This document shows, one piece after another, positions 1 to 12,900 of a DNA stretch of 64,000 nt. This stretch comes from Dicyema japonicum (taxonomy: Eukaryota > Animalia > Dicyemida), in contig RDEW01000009.1 in the NCBI GenBank assembly GCA_011109175.1, positions 1,291,652 to 1,355,651 of the forward strand. Direction: 5' to 3'. The notes under the pieces were generated by a model that searched no databases, was not told the origin of the DNA, and worked only from the letters and a program-made list of their open reading frames with translations. Within the stretch, counting starts at the first letter, position 1. Each line of letters opens with the position of its first letter. The position numbers and the translations under genes were made by a program.

Positions 1-239
1 CTGTAGTATGGCATTGCCAGCCATGCCTTGGCCTATGGAGGGAGGTTCTTCGTGCTCGCGTTACTGTTAATTCTCTCGTTAATTACCCTTCAACCACGGA
101 CACCGAAACATTTTTACGCTTCATCTCTGAGTTACGTTCTTTACGGACTATCCCTGTGAAGATCCCCAAGACCATAAGACCTGTCGCTGCAGAGGCCCTT
201 TCAGGAGTAACGCAAGAGTAACGTAGTACAGGATTGGGT

Positions 240-1168
240 GCGCCTTCTGCACTGGGACTTGATCGAGTTGGTCACGGTGAGGAGTCTCTCAATACCACCA
301 TGAGGACCAACATTCGTTCTTTTATGAAAAGAATCCATTAAATTCCACACAATTCTTGAAACCATCTTAAGTAGGGCGTCCAGTGTTCGCCTGGGATGCG
401 AGGCCGCTGTCCATTCATTCCTAAACCGCAGTATAGAATATTCCTGATGTCCTTGTTAGACTGGACATCAAGAACGCCTTCAATAGTCTAAGAAGAGACA
501 ATATCCTGGAGGTTGTGCATTGAGAGATGCCCTAATATTTTCGAATTTGTAAATCTGTCATACAGCCTACATCCTTACTTTTCTGGGACTACCTAATCCC
601 TTCGTATTCCGGAGTGCCATTGGACCTTTATTGCTTTTCTTGTAATAGAGAAAATCACCAAGCTTTCGCGATCGCCCTTAACCTAGGGTATCTTGACAAT
701 GCGGTTGTCGGAGGCTAGTGTCATCTAGTCATGACTTTGAACTAAGTCGTTAGGCGAGCTTTGGACGCCGCCGGACATCCCTCTGTTCTCGAGTCGGTCT
801 TTGCAGACGTGACAGGAAACGAACAGATGGGATGACCATCTTCCCCTTCAAAGTCAGGAAACCTCTTGTCTGGGACGTCACCTCACCGATACGTATGCCC
901 CTCTCAAACTACTCCAAATGCCTCTAGAGCTTATTTGGCAGCTGGGAGGCCGAGAGGTATAAACGGGCAACTTTCGCTTTTCTACCAAATGATTTTTGTT
1001 TGTTCCACCTACCGCTGAGACATTTGGTTCTCTTGCGCCTGCAGCGCTGGAATTTTTGAGTAGTCTAGGGAATCGGATTTCAGCAGATCCCCTGAGCGCA
1101 CCTTGTTATTTGAGCGAATCTCGCTCGTCATCCTGAGAGGGAATAGCCACGCAGCGGTCGCTATATGA
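240..1168 (+). mobile_element. Degenerate, internally deleted CRE-like non-LTR retrotransposon (RT fragment plus restriction-like endonuclease, RLE)
   Basis: Hand translation gives GCEAAVHS and LDIKNAFNSLRRDNILE (RT, ~390-510), then VGLCRRDRKRTDGMTIFPFKVRKPLVWDVT, AETFGSLAPAALEFLSSLGNRI and ERISLVILRGNSHAAVAI* ending at 1168. These match the CRE-clade C-terminal motifs. Frameshifts are present. Confidence 0.75.
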
Positions 1169-1422
1169 TCATTTTCTAACTTTTTTCCAAAATAAATTGT
1201 TAATATTTAATTTGATTTTTATTATCCAAAGTTTGCATAAGACATCTGAATCATTATATTTTCTTTTCATTGTTGACAAAATATTAAAATGATCATTTTA
1301 TTTTTTTCTTATGATAATTTTACTATAACTCCTAATATGTCTTATGTTTTACGGGATCTGTATTCGCCAGGTTCTAAGGAAAGTGTACAGCTAGTTCATC
1401 GAACTATATATCTCTTGTGTAT

Positions 1423-2484
1423 GCGATTTCTGGTGAATATCTATACGTACAAATTCTCCGATATTTGAGAATGGGCCTCCTTTAATTCATTTAGACTCCA
1501 AGTGCAGTAATATGAAGGACAGGAACACCAGACAAATGAGGGATTTGATGGAACGGGAAATCATTTATTTAAGATGGATAACATAGACTTTTTTTTAATA
1601 AAAATAGGTTAAATATTCATATTTCGTTCACAAAGAATGGAAAATAAAAATAAAAATTATTAATTATTAAATTTTAAATACAAACTTTGTGTTATTTTCA
1701 TCATTATCCTATTGGAAGATTCCTTGTATCAATTGACGACTATATAATTCTATGATTGCTTTGCTTCTGATAATAGCTAAAAATAACAATTAAGAAAAAA
1801 AAAATTTAAGATTCTTCGATATATATAATCAAGTGATTCTGCTTCATTCAAATGATAATCGCCTGGTTTATTTTATTTTTAACTGGATACGCAAGTAAAT
1901 ATTTATAAGTAACTTTAGGTTTCAGACATACAGAGAATCTCGTTGAATCTAGGGGCGATTTCTGATAAATATCTATACGAACAAATTTTTTGAGATTTGA
2001 GAATGCGCCTCTCTTAATTCATTTAGACTCCAAATGCGGTAATATGAAGGACAGGAACACCGAACAAATGAGGGATTTGATGAAACGGGAAATCATTTAT
2101 TAAAGATGGATAACATAGACTTTTTTTAATAAAAATAGGTTAAATATTCATATTTCGTTCACAAAGAATGGAAAATGAAAATAAAAATTATTAATTATTA
2201 AATCTTAAATACAAACTTGGTGTTATTTTCATCATTATCCTATTGAAGATTCCTTGTATCAATTGACGACTATATAATTCTATGATTGCTTTGCTTCTGA
2301 TAATAGCTAAAAATAACAATTAAGAAAAAAATATTTAAGATTCTTCGATATATATATAATCAAGTGATTCTGCTTCATTCAAATGATAATCGCCTGGTTT
2401 ATTTTATTTTTAACTGGATACGCAAGTAAATATTTATAAGTAACTTTAGGTTTCAGACATACAGAGAATCTCGTTGGATCTAGG
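1423..2484. repeat. Tandem duplication of a ~530-bp AT-rich unit (1423-1954 and 1955-2484)
   Basis: The two copies align end to end (gcgatttc...gaatctcgttg(a/g)atctagg) with scattered substitutions and small indels. Confidence 0.9.
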
Positions 2485-2496
2485 AGTGAAATTACT

Positions 2497-3200
2497 ACAA
2501 ATGGTTCATTAATGATTATTTTAAGAAACAACAATGCCAACATATTCACATGGTTAAAATTAATTATTATTTTGAGAACCTACGACGCCACCATATTCTA
2601 ATGGTTTGATTAATGATTATTTGAGGATCTCATATAATCTCTCAATTGGAGAGGGTAAGAAGAATATTATCATTTGGTTTAATCTAAGATTATATTTAAG
2701 TACCCTTTATGGGCCCTGTTGCGAATGATGTAATTAAGAATATTTTGCCAGCACATTCAAATGGTTTAATTAATTATTATTTGAGAATCAACAACGCCAG
2801 CATATTCAAACGGTTCATTAATAATTATTTTAAGAACCGACAACGGCAACAAATTCAAATGGTTAATTAATGATTATTTTAAGAATCTTTACAAATCTCT
2901 CAAATGGAAGATTTATTTATAATCTCTGATGCGAATGATGAATCAACAACGCCAGCAAATTCAAATGGTTCATTAAATATTATTTTAAGAATCAACAACT
3001 CCAGCAAATTCAAATGGTTTAATTAAATATTATTTTAAGAATCTTTAAAAATCGTTCAAAATGAGGATTTAAAGAAAATTTTATTAAATGGTTTAATCTA
3101 AGATTATATTTAAGTACGCTTTATGGACCCTGTTGTGATTGATGTAATTGATAAGATTTTGCCAGAACATTCCAATGGTTCATTAATGATTATTTTAAGA
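2497..3200. repeat. Degenerate minisatellite, ~50-60-bp unit
   Basis: About ten imperfect copies of caacaacgccagcaaattcaaatggtt(c/t)attaatgattattttaagaat. Confidence 0.75.
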
Positions 3201-3399
3201 TTCGACGATTGAAACAAATGTTGAATTTTCAACTATCTAAGATATTAATTAGTTTTATTCTGCCGTTTTTGATGGGTAAAAATTTGGTTTCTTTATTGGC
3301 AACATAAAATAAATATTTGAATATTTAGATATGTTAGCCTTTTTGTATTAATTTCCAATTATATTGTTAAAAAACATTATGCAAGGTTCTTGCATCTGT

Positions 3400-3900
3400 T
3401 GCTTTGGACCTCTTAAAGCATCCCGCAGAAAAATACCTGTAAGCAAGCCATGCTGGATTCTTTGAAGGAAGGTCGACAACGGATATTCTGTGGAGCCATA
3501 AATGGCAGTCTGCAACAGCTCAAAGATATTAAAATGTCACGACAATCCTGAGGATCGATATGTCAAGAGCATTCGAGACCACTAAAAGACACAAGCTATT
3601 GGATGTCCTATAACAATTTGTGGACCAATCGCTTCAAATGATTATTCGAGTACTGCTATCTAGTACTGAATCTGTCAGGCAGGATAAGAAGAGCTATATC
3701 CAGGCCTTTCAAAACTACAATCGGCATTCTTTAGGGAGATTTTCTCTCTTACTATTTGTAATTTATCTCTAAGCCACACTAAGGGATCTAAGTACTTGTC
3801 GAGAAGGAAAAATAGAAGAGGTCGTGTACGCGGATGATGTGGATTTTATATCCGAAAATACAGAAGCTCTCTTCATCTACTGAAAAAAGTACCGGATAAA
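3400..3900 (+). mobile_element. Degenerate RTE-like LINE reverse transcriptase fragment
   Basis: Fragments GRSTTDILWSHKW and VVYADDVDFIS match the RT at 20051-20700 and 24182-25357. Confidence 0.7.
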
Positions 3901-4099
3901 TTGATTTAATGGTTCCTAATCGTAAACTGGGACAAAATCGAAATAACCAAATCATAGGAATGAACAAGATCCTTGATGAACGTTAGCGAAATGTTAATAA
4001 GCTTGGATCCTTTTTTTGACTTTATAACTTTTGATTTATAGAATATTTTTCTAGTCATCTTACGATCTCCATGTACTCTTGAGAGTATTAAATTGTGAT

Positions 4100-4320
4100 C
4101 CATATGTAAATCATAATTGACATCAAACGTAATTGTGGGAGTAATAGATGGCAAAGAGTTCATGGTCGGAGTGAGAAACATCCATATCTGCCATGGTGAG
4201 AACCCTTTCAGTGGAATAGGAAGGGATGGATGCTGGTGAGGCACTAGATGTTTCCAGAGACAGATTGATCACATCTTTTAGATATTGAAGACACGAACAG
4301 AATCCATCGTAGTTCATTGT
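4100..4320 (-). mobile_element. LINE apurinic endonuclease (APE) C-terminal fragment
   Basis: ORF 4123-4317 ends in DVSHSDHELF, resembling the APE SDH motif. Confidence 0.4.
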
Positions 4321-4845
4321 TTTTAACCTTCATTAATTAATAATGTTTGATTATTTTAAAATATTTCCATATAGCTCTCACAAATACAGTAGGAATATAC
4401 AGTCATCATCGAGGCGAGCAGTAGTTCTTACCGGTATTCTCTTTAATAAATTAAATCGTTATCCCAGCTTCGTCAACATTTAAGATGCCGACAATTAAAA
4501 AGCAATACGCAAAAACTGGCTTCTCTCAGAAATCCTTCACGATCACGTCGAGTTCTTTTGGTTCAGGACAAGCAAAGAGATCTTAAACTATTTTCCATCC
4601 ATAGACAAAATGTCTATATGCGTAGGTGTCCTATTCTGACGGCATTCATCTGCAGCGATTCTGAAGCGATAAACTCATGAGGTTTGCGCCCTAGTATTTT
4701 TTATCTTCAAGGGCCTGGCAGAAAAAGTTAGGTGAAATTTTCCGTAGTGCTATTTGAAGTCAACGAGGATCTTACGAATATTTGTGCAGTTAGTAGATTT
4801 GAGTAGTCAAGGGTTGTGAGGTTAGAGTCAAGTGATTGTTGCCTC

Positions 4846-6269
4846 TGACAGCTGTCATCTACTGTCATAACTGTCATTTTGATTAAAATTTAATCAATAC
4901 TATAATTTTTTCTATTTTTATAAATTATTATATTCCAATCTAAAGATTAATTCTACGATAATATTAATAATTATTTTATCAAAAATTTACTTCAACTTTA
5001 GCCTGGCTAAATCTATTGAATATAAAATAATTTCGTCACTTTAACTGATGCCTAGTAGCAAGACTGTTGTCAAAGATAATGAAAAGTACCAACTTCTAAA
5101 ATCCATCCTTAATGATAAGGATGTAAACATTGCGAAACAAATGTGGTACCGAATAAAAAAGAAAGCTAAAAAATTTATTCTTATTGATGAAAAGCTTTAT
5201 TTGAAAGCTGTTAACGGACTTCACAAACTTGTGATACCCTTTACTAGTAAAGAAGAAATGAGGACTATTGCTCATGAGAGTCACCAGACAAATCACTGTG
5301 GACAAAACGCTCTGGATACACTTTGTCGTAGGAGATTTTGCGCTATCAAAAGAACTGTTATTCGTCAAGTTGTACAAGACTGCAATGTTTGCAGTGCCTC
5401 TCAAACAATAATGACTTAAATCGTCATATTGTTGCTGACTTGCCTAATGAGAGATTTAAAATTGATCTTAAAAGGTTTAAAGTTTATTAGTTATTATTGT
5501 AGACTTGAGAATCAAAATGATGAAGACCTAAGAATTTCCAGAGTCAAGGGATTGTTGAAAGATTCAACCAGACAATCTCACGGAGTTTATCGAAAATGAT
5601 GGTTTCGGATGACAAAAAATAGTGGATAAACACATTCGAAAGGCTGTGTTTTTTGTACAATCAAACGCCTCATTCATCCACAGGTAAATTTATGCTTTTA
5701 TTTTTTTGTAGATGTTAGTCCGTTTCAAAGATATCGAGGGATTCTGGGCTACAACACCATTGTTAAAAATACTGTAACGGAGACAGACGGTGAAGACAAC
5801 ATGAAAAGTTGGATAATATTGCTGAATTAACAGAGCCAGACGGTAAAGACAGTCCCCGAAACATATAGTAAAGGTTTTTTGTCTATAATTATACAAAAGG
5901 TGATTACAAATTTGATTTTTCTCGGGTAGACTTGAATTCTCCTTATTATAAAAAGAAGGGAGTGCATCGATCGAAATATGAATTTAACATTGGAGATGGT
6001 GTATTCAATTTATAATTACTCAAAAGGTTCGTATTCAGAAGGACTATGGAACTAATCCTTCATACGTCTGCAAAGGTTTGAGCATCCCTACGGAGATGTT
6101 GTCACTATTGTTTAAAATTGTCTAACAATTTTGTCAATGTTAAAGATAGTGAGGGAATTGTAAAGAAGGTGCATTGTAAAAGCCTTACAAAGATAATTAT
6201 CAATAATTAGTTAATGTTTGCTTTGAAATATTTGATTATTTATTTTTTGACAATGATTGACAGCTGTCA
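4846..6269 (+). mobile_element. Internally deleted Ginger/GIN (KRBA2/SCAN3-like) integrase element
   Basis: ORF 5048-5419 carries an integrase H2C2 zinc-binding domain (HESHQTNHCGQN...CNVC), followed by RHIVADLPNERFKIDL, YNQTPHSSTG and KYEFNIGD fragments. The central DDE core is missing. Both ends carry the palindrome TGACAGCTGTCA (4846-4857, 6258-6269). Confidence 0.7.
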
Positions 6270-7249
6270 AAGGAAACGTTTGTGGCTCGCCACATATTAT
6301 GTCACATGGGTGGCTTGATGCCTATGAACAACCTGCTTTTTTACGTGTTTCCGTGGTAACAAGCTATCAATTGATAGATTTAACAGAGAATTTATTTAAT
6401 ATGTCGTCCCGCCCGGGTTACCTATCCAGTGCTTGTTACATTTTACTTGTCAATCGACATGTCACCTGTCGTTTCTAATCAAAAATCAAAGAATTTACGA
6501 CATGTCACCTGTCATTAAATCAACATTAAATTTAATTGGATCTTCATATGCAGATTCAAATCTGCTCAACTTTAGTATGAATTAATCCCATAATTCTTTA
6601 AATCTCGTATCTAAATTTATTCACTAAAAATACCTCATTTCCAATAGAAAAATCATACTTTGATTGATGAACTTTCATTCTTTTGTTAAAATAGGCTGAA
6701 TATAGATTTGATGGAGAAAAATTAAGATCAAAATGTTCTGAATCTAAGTTTTCTTGCATACTTTATACAATAAATACCTGAATTATCTGAAATATGTTCC
6801 ACGTCAATATTTTCTGATGTTTGTAAAAAAACATCATCCGAACTTTCATTTTCTATGACATTAAAAAAAATTAACTTTTATACTCAGGAATGACTTTGTT
6901 TATTAACAATTCTTTAAACAATTTTCCGTTTTATTGAAAAATAGGAGTGCAAACATTCTTACTGCAGTTTACGAATCCCCAAATGACTATTTCTATGGAT
7001 AGACTCCACAATAGTTCGAATTTCAGACTCGTTTTCCATAAAAACAACTAGTCTGTGTTTTTCAAATTTTTCGTTTTTGAGGTATAATCGACCATCATTG
7101 ACAATAAATTTCCCGGATTTTTTCATTAATTTGTTTTTCGCTTGTCTTGAAGATGTCTGACAGGATCACCATTTAGAATGCTAACTATGGATTGATATTC
7201 CATAATATTTTTGACAAAGCCTATTATTAGTCTCGTTTTACCTTTGGTC

Positions 7250-8040
7250 TTTAGACTAATTTCACCATACCAAATGGCGTCCCTCAAAGATCGACCCTCT
7301 CTCCGGCGTTATTTAACTTATTCCTCAACGATTTACCATGCCCTGGAGGACAAGATTCAATGCTTCTCACTTCGGCTGAAGACCTAATCATCGCTAGCAG
7401 GAACAAATACGTGGGGACAGCAAAATCAGAGCTTCAGTCACATATTGACGACCTGGGAGCCTGGTTGAAGTTGAATCGTCTCTCCATATCCATGGATAAA
7501 TCAACGTATACAATCTTCACCACGGACAGAAAAGAAAAACATACACTGGATTTGAACATTTATGGAGACTCCTTACCACTACAGTTTCGTCCAACTATCC
7601 TGGGAGTGACATTTGTCTTTTGATGACACTTTCTCAACATGTGAAGAACGTTATGACAAAGAATCTCAGGAAACTTAATATAATCAAACCGCTCTTGAAG
7701 TCCAGGCCGTCACAGGAATGCGCCCTCGTCGTGTTCAATCACTTCTAAAACCGACGATTGAGTATGCTTGTGCCTCATGGGCCTATGGAGCTTCGATATC
7801 AAATTCACTCAAGATCAATTCCTAATTGGCAAATTAGCATGTCTAACAAATCTACCCCTCGTCAAACCCAAGGCATCGAAGATGTGTGGAATTTTGAAAA
7901 TTCTCAATTTCACTATTCTCATCGGAAGAACACCGAAAGTATGCCGGAAGATCAAACAAGAGTGCAGTATTTCAGAAATTGTACAGGTTTTATTAGACTA
8001 TCGGTCGTATTCTTGGACTAACGAGTATCTAAGAATAGTC
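7250..8040 (+). mobile_element. Degenerate Jockey/CR1/I-like LINE RT fragment
   Basis: GVPQRSTLSPALFNLFLNDLP, then ...WLKLNRLSISMDKS...ILGVTF (ORF 7360-7623). Confidence 0.7.
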
Positions 8041-9474
8041 TCAAATACCATTCACTTGGTCTGTCAGTAACTACTATTTGAGAAATTCAGTGTGTTTTAT
8101 CTTCTCCCTTATCTTGTTAGATTCAGAATTGTAGATATTCCGAAAATGAAGAAGAAAGTATTCGTAATGGAAACGAGTGTTCATGTAATCAATTGTTGTT
8201 CATAGCAAACTCCAAATGTTATGAACTGAGATGGCGATACCTCCAATTATCACCATAATATGATTGGCCCAATTACTGACTGAGTTAACTATTGTCGTGA
8301 AATTTGGTATTAAATAGATAGGATGAGTGTCTATGGAGGAATCGAATGAAGCAACTTATGATTATTTTAGGTTCCCCAGTTGAAGTGGAAATTGACGAAT
8401 AGAAATCGAAAGTACAATTGGAGTTAATGGTCTCGTGTTCACATGTAGGAGTCCGGCCGCCATCAAGCATCAGGGTGGTGACTCCCTCGTGGTCATGGGT
8501 AATAATAGAAGATAATCAAACATTTTTTTGAACTTTAAAATTAGGTTCCAACCCATAAAAATTATTGTTAACGTCACTAAAAACCAAATTACGTCATGGA
8601 GGTTTCGATAGTGAAATTTCTTAGAACCCCTACCCTCCTGTTACCTGCATCATCAGATTTTATCATCAAATAATTCCTCCCACCATCAAATACGCATGTT
8701 CCGCCTGTAGACTTGCTCTTTTCTTCACGAAATTTGAACATATAACCTCAGTCCGAGGGAAATCATGCACCTTCTCCCACGAAAGAATATCGATTGCTAC
8801 TCTTCTTCAGATAATTTGACAAAAACAATGGCATAGGTTTTGTGCGTTTCTGCAAGAAACCATGAAACGACATGGTGTAAAAGTTATCCATGCAGAGGAA
8901 TCAAGATTAATTTGAAAATATCCCGATCAAGTTCCTCTGCAGAAATTCGAGTAGACAATTCCGGTAGACGGTGCTCGTTAGTGGACCACCTAACGGGAGT
9001 ACAAGGATTATTTGAAGGTGGGATCACTCAATTGTTCAATCGGATCTGAGTGGCCTACCAGAATTTCGAGTAGGGCAATCTACAAAAAATGCGGTTACCA
9101 AATAAACAGTAATTTATGTCATCCGCCAATGATAATCATGTGAATTAAAAGTATTGATTTAAATTGATTAAACAATTAAATAAGCAAATATTTATATGCA
9201 TAATATATTAAACATTTACGGGTCCTCTTTTCCACGATGACTTTGGCGATCCTCCTATGAGTACCCAGAAATGACTGTGACGTCAAAGTCTCTTCCAAAA
9301 GGCTCTCATAAAAATCAGACAAGGACACTTTTCTTAACTCGGAATGGTAAAGTGTAAGTTCCTGATTTAAATCTGAGCACGTGGGGCAATACAAGGAAGG
9401 AGTCGTAATGGTCACAAGTGTGCAATGGTGGCAAGTAACAGCAAATCAAAATAATTTATAAATTATGCATAAAA

Positions 9475-10148
9475 TCATATTTGATGGTCAAAGTTGACCT
9501 TGGTAACGATTCCTTCGAGCTCGTTGATTCTGCGTTCATTCGCTTGTAAATGTCTGTTTTTGACACGTGAGTAGAAATTAATCCCAAAGGCAAAGAAACC
9601 AATGATTACAGGAATCACGGCAACTGTCCCCACTCCAGCGGCCACCAAACTAACGGAGTAAAACCTGACCCAACAAATAAGGATGACTTCCAATGCGAAC
9701 AAAATTATGCCGAATCCAGTGGAAAGAGCCCAGGCAGTGTCAATGTAAAACCTCAGATCCTGCTCATATGCAATCGTTTCGATCGAGGACCAACTTCCGT
9801 ACAATTCTGGAGACTCGGAGGCTTCGTTTATGTAGCCCACGAGCATCTCCACATAGGGAAGAGTGCATGTGCTCATCAAGAGTGCTAGAATGTGTACAGA
9901 GACGAGAATGGTAGTGCACAACGTAAAGGCTATTATTAAGGAGAGTGGAAGTTGCTTAAAGGAGCTTACTGATCCTGTCTCCACCAGAGCAACCTGCAGT
10001 AAATAATGACGAATACCATAGCAAATCCAGAGAGAAGAGCAGATGTCCTACTCACTGCTTTGAGTTTAGAACGGGACATGAAGAGTCTCTGAACACATTC
10101 AGAATATCCTGTAGCTGAGCGTCTTTGTTCATTCTGAATAAATGACAT
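9475..10148 (-). CDS. ORAI: Orai (CRAC channel pore subunit), 2 exons; 23-nt GT-AG intron at 9994-10016
   Basis: TM1 SRSKLKAVSRTSALLSGFAM|VALVE has the conserved basic residues, G/F/V pore positions and selectivity Glu. TM2 VHILALLMSTCTLP and TM3 LFALEVILICWVRF are also present. Splicing joins ORFs 9966-10148 and 9475-9984 in frame. Confidence 0.95.
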
Positions 10149-10980
10149 TTTAAGGAATTTTTCTTGTTTGAATACACAGAAATTAATTTAATTGTAATAA
10201 ATAATGTATAAAAAACTAAATTATTTTTAAATATCGTTATTTCTTTATATTTCTATTTTATAATAAAAATTAAAATTTATATTAATTATGGATAAATAGT
10301 CTGCCAGGGTGACGTCATAAGCGTCGGACAAAATCCAGATGATTCCATTTACAAATCTCACCACTGTCCATTCCGGTTGAAGGTTACTTCATCTACGATC
10401 CATCTTGGATTAACGAATGACGCTATCATCAGTGATTCATCACTGCGGAACAAGGCTGAAATCTTCTTATGCAGGCAAAAAGAAATAAGTTAAGCACACT
10501 CTCGATGACCTTCCTTCATTCCTCTATTCATCAATAAAAACGAATCCCACCAAGTCAGGGACGTGCTAGCTAATATGCCCAGACTGTTAATAAATTCTGA
10601 ATATTTATGACTTTAACATAAAAATAATGATTAATCCTTTTTTGTCATAAGAATTCGCTTAGGAAATAATATATTGATTTTATGTATTTATGTCATGTTC
10701 TCGGTTCAATAACAAAAAAATAAATGCTTCCCCTAACTGGGAAGTTAGTTTCCACTTGGACGCCTCCACTGCAATCACCATACGGTTTGCAAGAGTATCT
10801 CCCTTGGTTGTGATTTTAGTTTAAAAAAATCCGGCCAAAGGCCGGGTTAATAGAGATTTTGTTTAAAATATAAATATATCGATAAAATCTCTCATTTATT
10901 TAAATTTATTAAACGTAAAGCACTTTATAAAAGAACTCCTGTGTCTACTTAGAATTTACCTAAGAAACTACCATTTACAA

Positions 10981-11070
10981 CAGTGGTTCTCAACCTTTTT
11001 TGGTCGTGGACCCCTTGTGAGTGAATAAAAAAATTCGCGGACCCTCAACATATTTTTACAAGTTTTTTTG
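10981..11070 (+). mobile_element. hAT (Charlie/Buster-like) terminal inverted repeat remnant
   Basis: CAGTGGTTCTCAACCTTTTTGG...GGACCCC is the typical hAT/Charlie terminus. No nearby partner end was found. Confidence 0.6.
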
Positions 11071-11199
11071 TCAAAAAATTATTACTTTTCTAAAAACACA
11101 ATTTATTATTAAAAAAAGAAATAAAATTAATGAGAAGGTTGATATATTTACATCCAACTCTTCAATAGAGTTGAACAAGATAGAATGTATAGGTTTTTT

Positions 11200-12250
11200 C
11201 TTTATTTTTCCTTTTTTAGCTTAGCTTCTTCATATTTAAGACTTTCCTATTCTCAATATGTTTTTTCTAGTAAGGAATCCTACGATGTGTTTTCTTTGAA
11301 TTTAAGACCCGTAAGATTCCTGCTTTCCTCAAGCAATTGCTAACCTTATCATTGTAAAATTTAAATGGATGCGTTCGTAAGTGATTGATATCGATCCTCT
11401 TCTAAGAGTATCTCGCGATAAATATAACCGCTCTTTAGTAGCAGCTCTGCACCGAATCTGGCCATTGACGTGTATTTGCTGTATAATTTTGATTCAAATT
11501 CACCAGGTTCGATGTTGATAAGACCAATATAATACTTGAACAATAAATCGCATGTTCTTTGACTCTCCTGAAGAAATTAACACTGTTAGTTTTGTGTTTG
11601 CTAAACTTTTGATTCTCAGTCATTGTTGATAGACCTCATCATATTCATTTTCATAATACCGCTAAATCTATCTTCTAAAACACCCAAGTAACAATATTAT
11701 TCTATTAGGTCGAGTATCGCTGCTTTCCCATCCAAAAATTCGATATTTGTGAGCGATTTGTGGAAATTGCGCTGCGAAAAATTTTAGACTTCATTAGCTA
11801 TCCAACCGTCGAGGAATCTCATAGGATATCAACTTGATGTCATCCATAAAGAGCAGATGGTTAGTCGCATATTTAGGGGATTATCCCTCACTATTCATAC
11901 TCACTTTAGGAAATTTTCCATTCAATGCTCGACTCAGCGAGTCCAACATTAGGACGAATATCTGTGGGGATAAAGAACCCCCTTGTGATATCCCTCTTGC
12001 TAATTTCTTTTCACTCATTCTTCCCAAGTTTAAAAAAAATTAACTATCCATTCAGGTAGTCCAAAGATTTCTAAGAACTCGTAGTCATGATCCACAGAAT
12101 AAACCGCCTTCTTTACACCAACCCAGGCTGAACATGAGTTACTGTCTTGCATATTGATACACTGGTTGACCAACACCTGTTCTTTAGCACCCTGGCTCAC
12201 CCCAAGTGTTCCCAATTTGTTATATTAGATCAAATGCTTCAAAATAATCA
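11200..12250 (-). mobile_element. Degenerate R4/Dong-like (RLE-type) non-LTR RT fragment
   Basis: Minus-strand fragments WVGVKKAVYSVDH, RGISQGGSLSPQIFVLML, NHLLFMDDIKL and KYYIGLINIEPGEF appear in RT order. Confidence 0.7.
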
Positions 12251-12842
12251 CCAAAAAATTTAGTTAACTTGAGGAAGTGTTTGCTGATGATCATTCCTCA
12301 TTACATTTCATCAATATTGTGTTTGTGTAACTAAATAGGTTAGTGGATGTTGGGTTACCTCCTTTCCTTTTCCCTGTCTTAAATAATTAGAGTAGTTTCA
12401 TTACACTATTTGGTACCCTAATAATTGAATGGACCCACCAATAGGAGTGCTCTGCAGAATCTGGAAACAAATTCTGTGTAAGTGCACGTACGGCGTTTCC
12501 TGAAATTCTGATCTGAGGCTGGTAAAGAAAACATTGAATGGCTACGAGGACCTTGAGGAGTCTATTGTCAAACAGAGAAGAGTGGAAGAGATTGGAAACG
12601 GGGATCATCAGAGCGCGGCACATATAGAATTACATTTTATATGATCCCAATAATAAATTTCTATAAATCAGGTGTTAGTAAATTAAATAAATTTCACTTC
12701 AGATTTTATTTCACATTTACGCTTAAAAATTAAGATTATAACTACCCCGCAAATTAAAACCTTTCATAATGAGCATCATTCGCAGAAATAGTAACGGAAA
12801 TACTACGGATCATCTACCACGACTCACATGCAACAAAAGAAA

Positions 12843-12900
12843 AAAAAGGGAACCAATTAATGTTCTTTTTTCTTTGAGAACATTAATTGGTTCCCTTTTT
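12843..12900. repeat. Perfect 24-bp inverted repeat with a 10-nt loop
   Basis: aaaaagggaaccaattaatgttct (12843-12866) and agaacattaattggttcccttttt (12877-12900). Confidence 0.95.
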
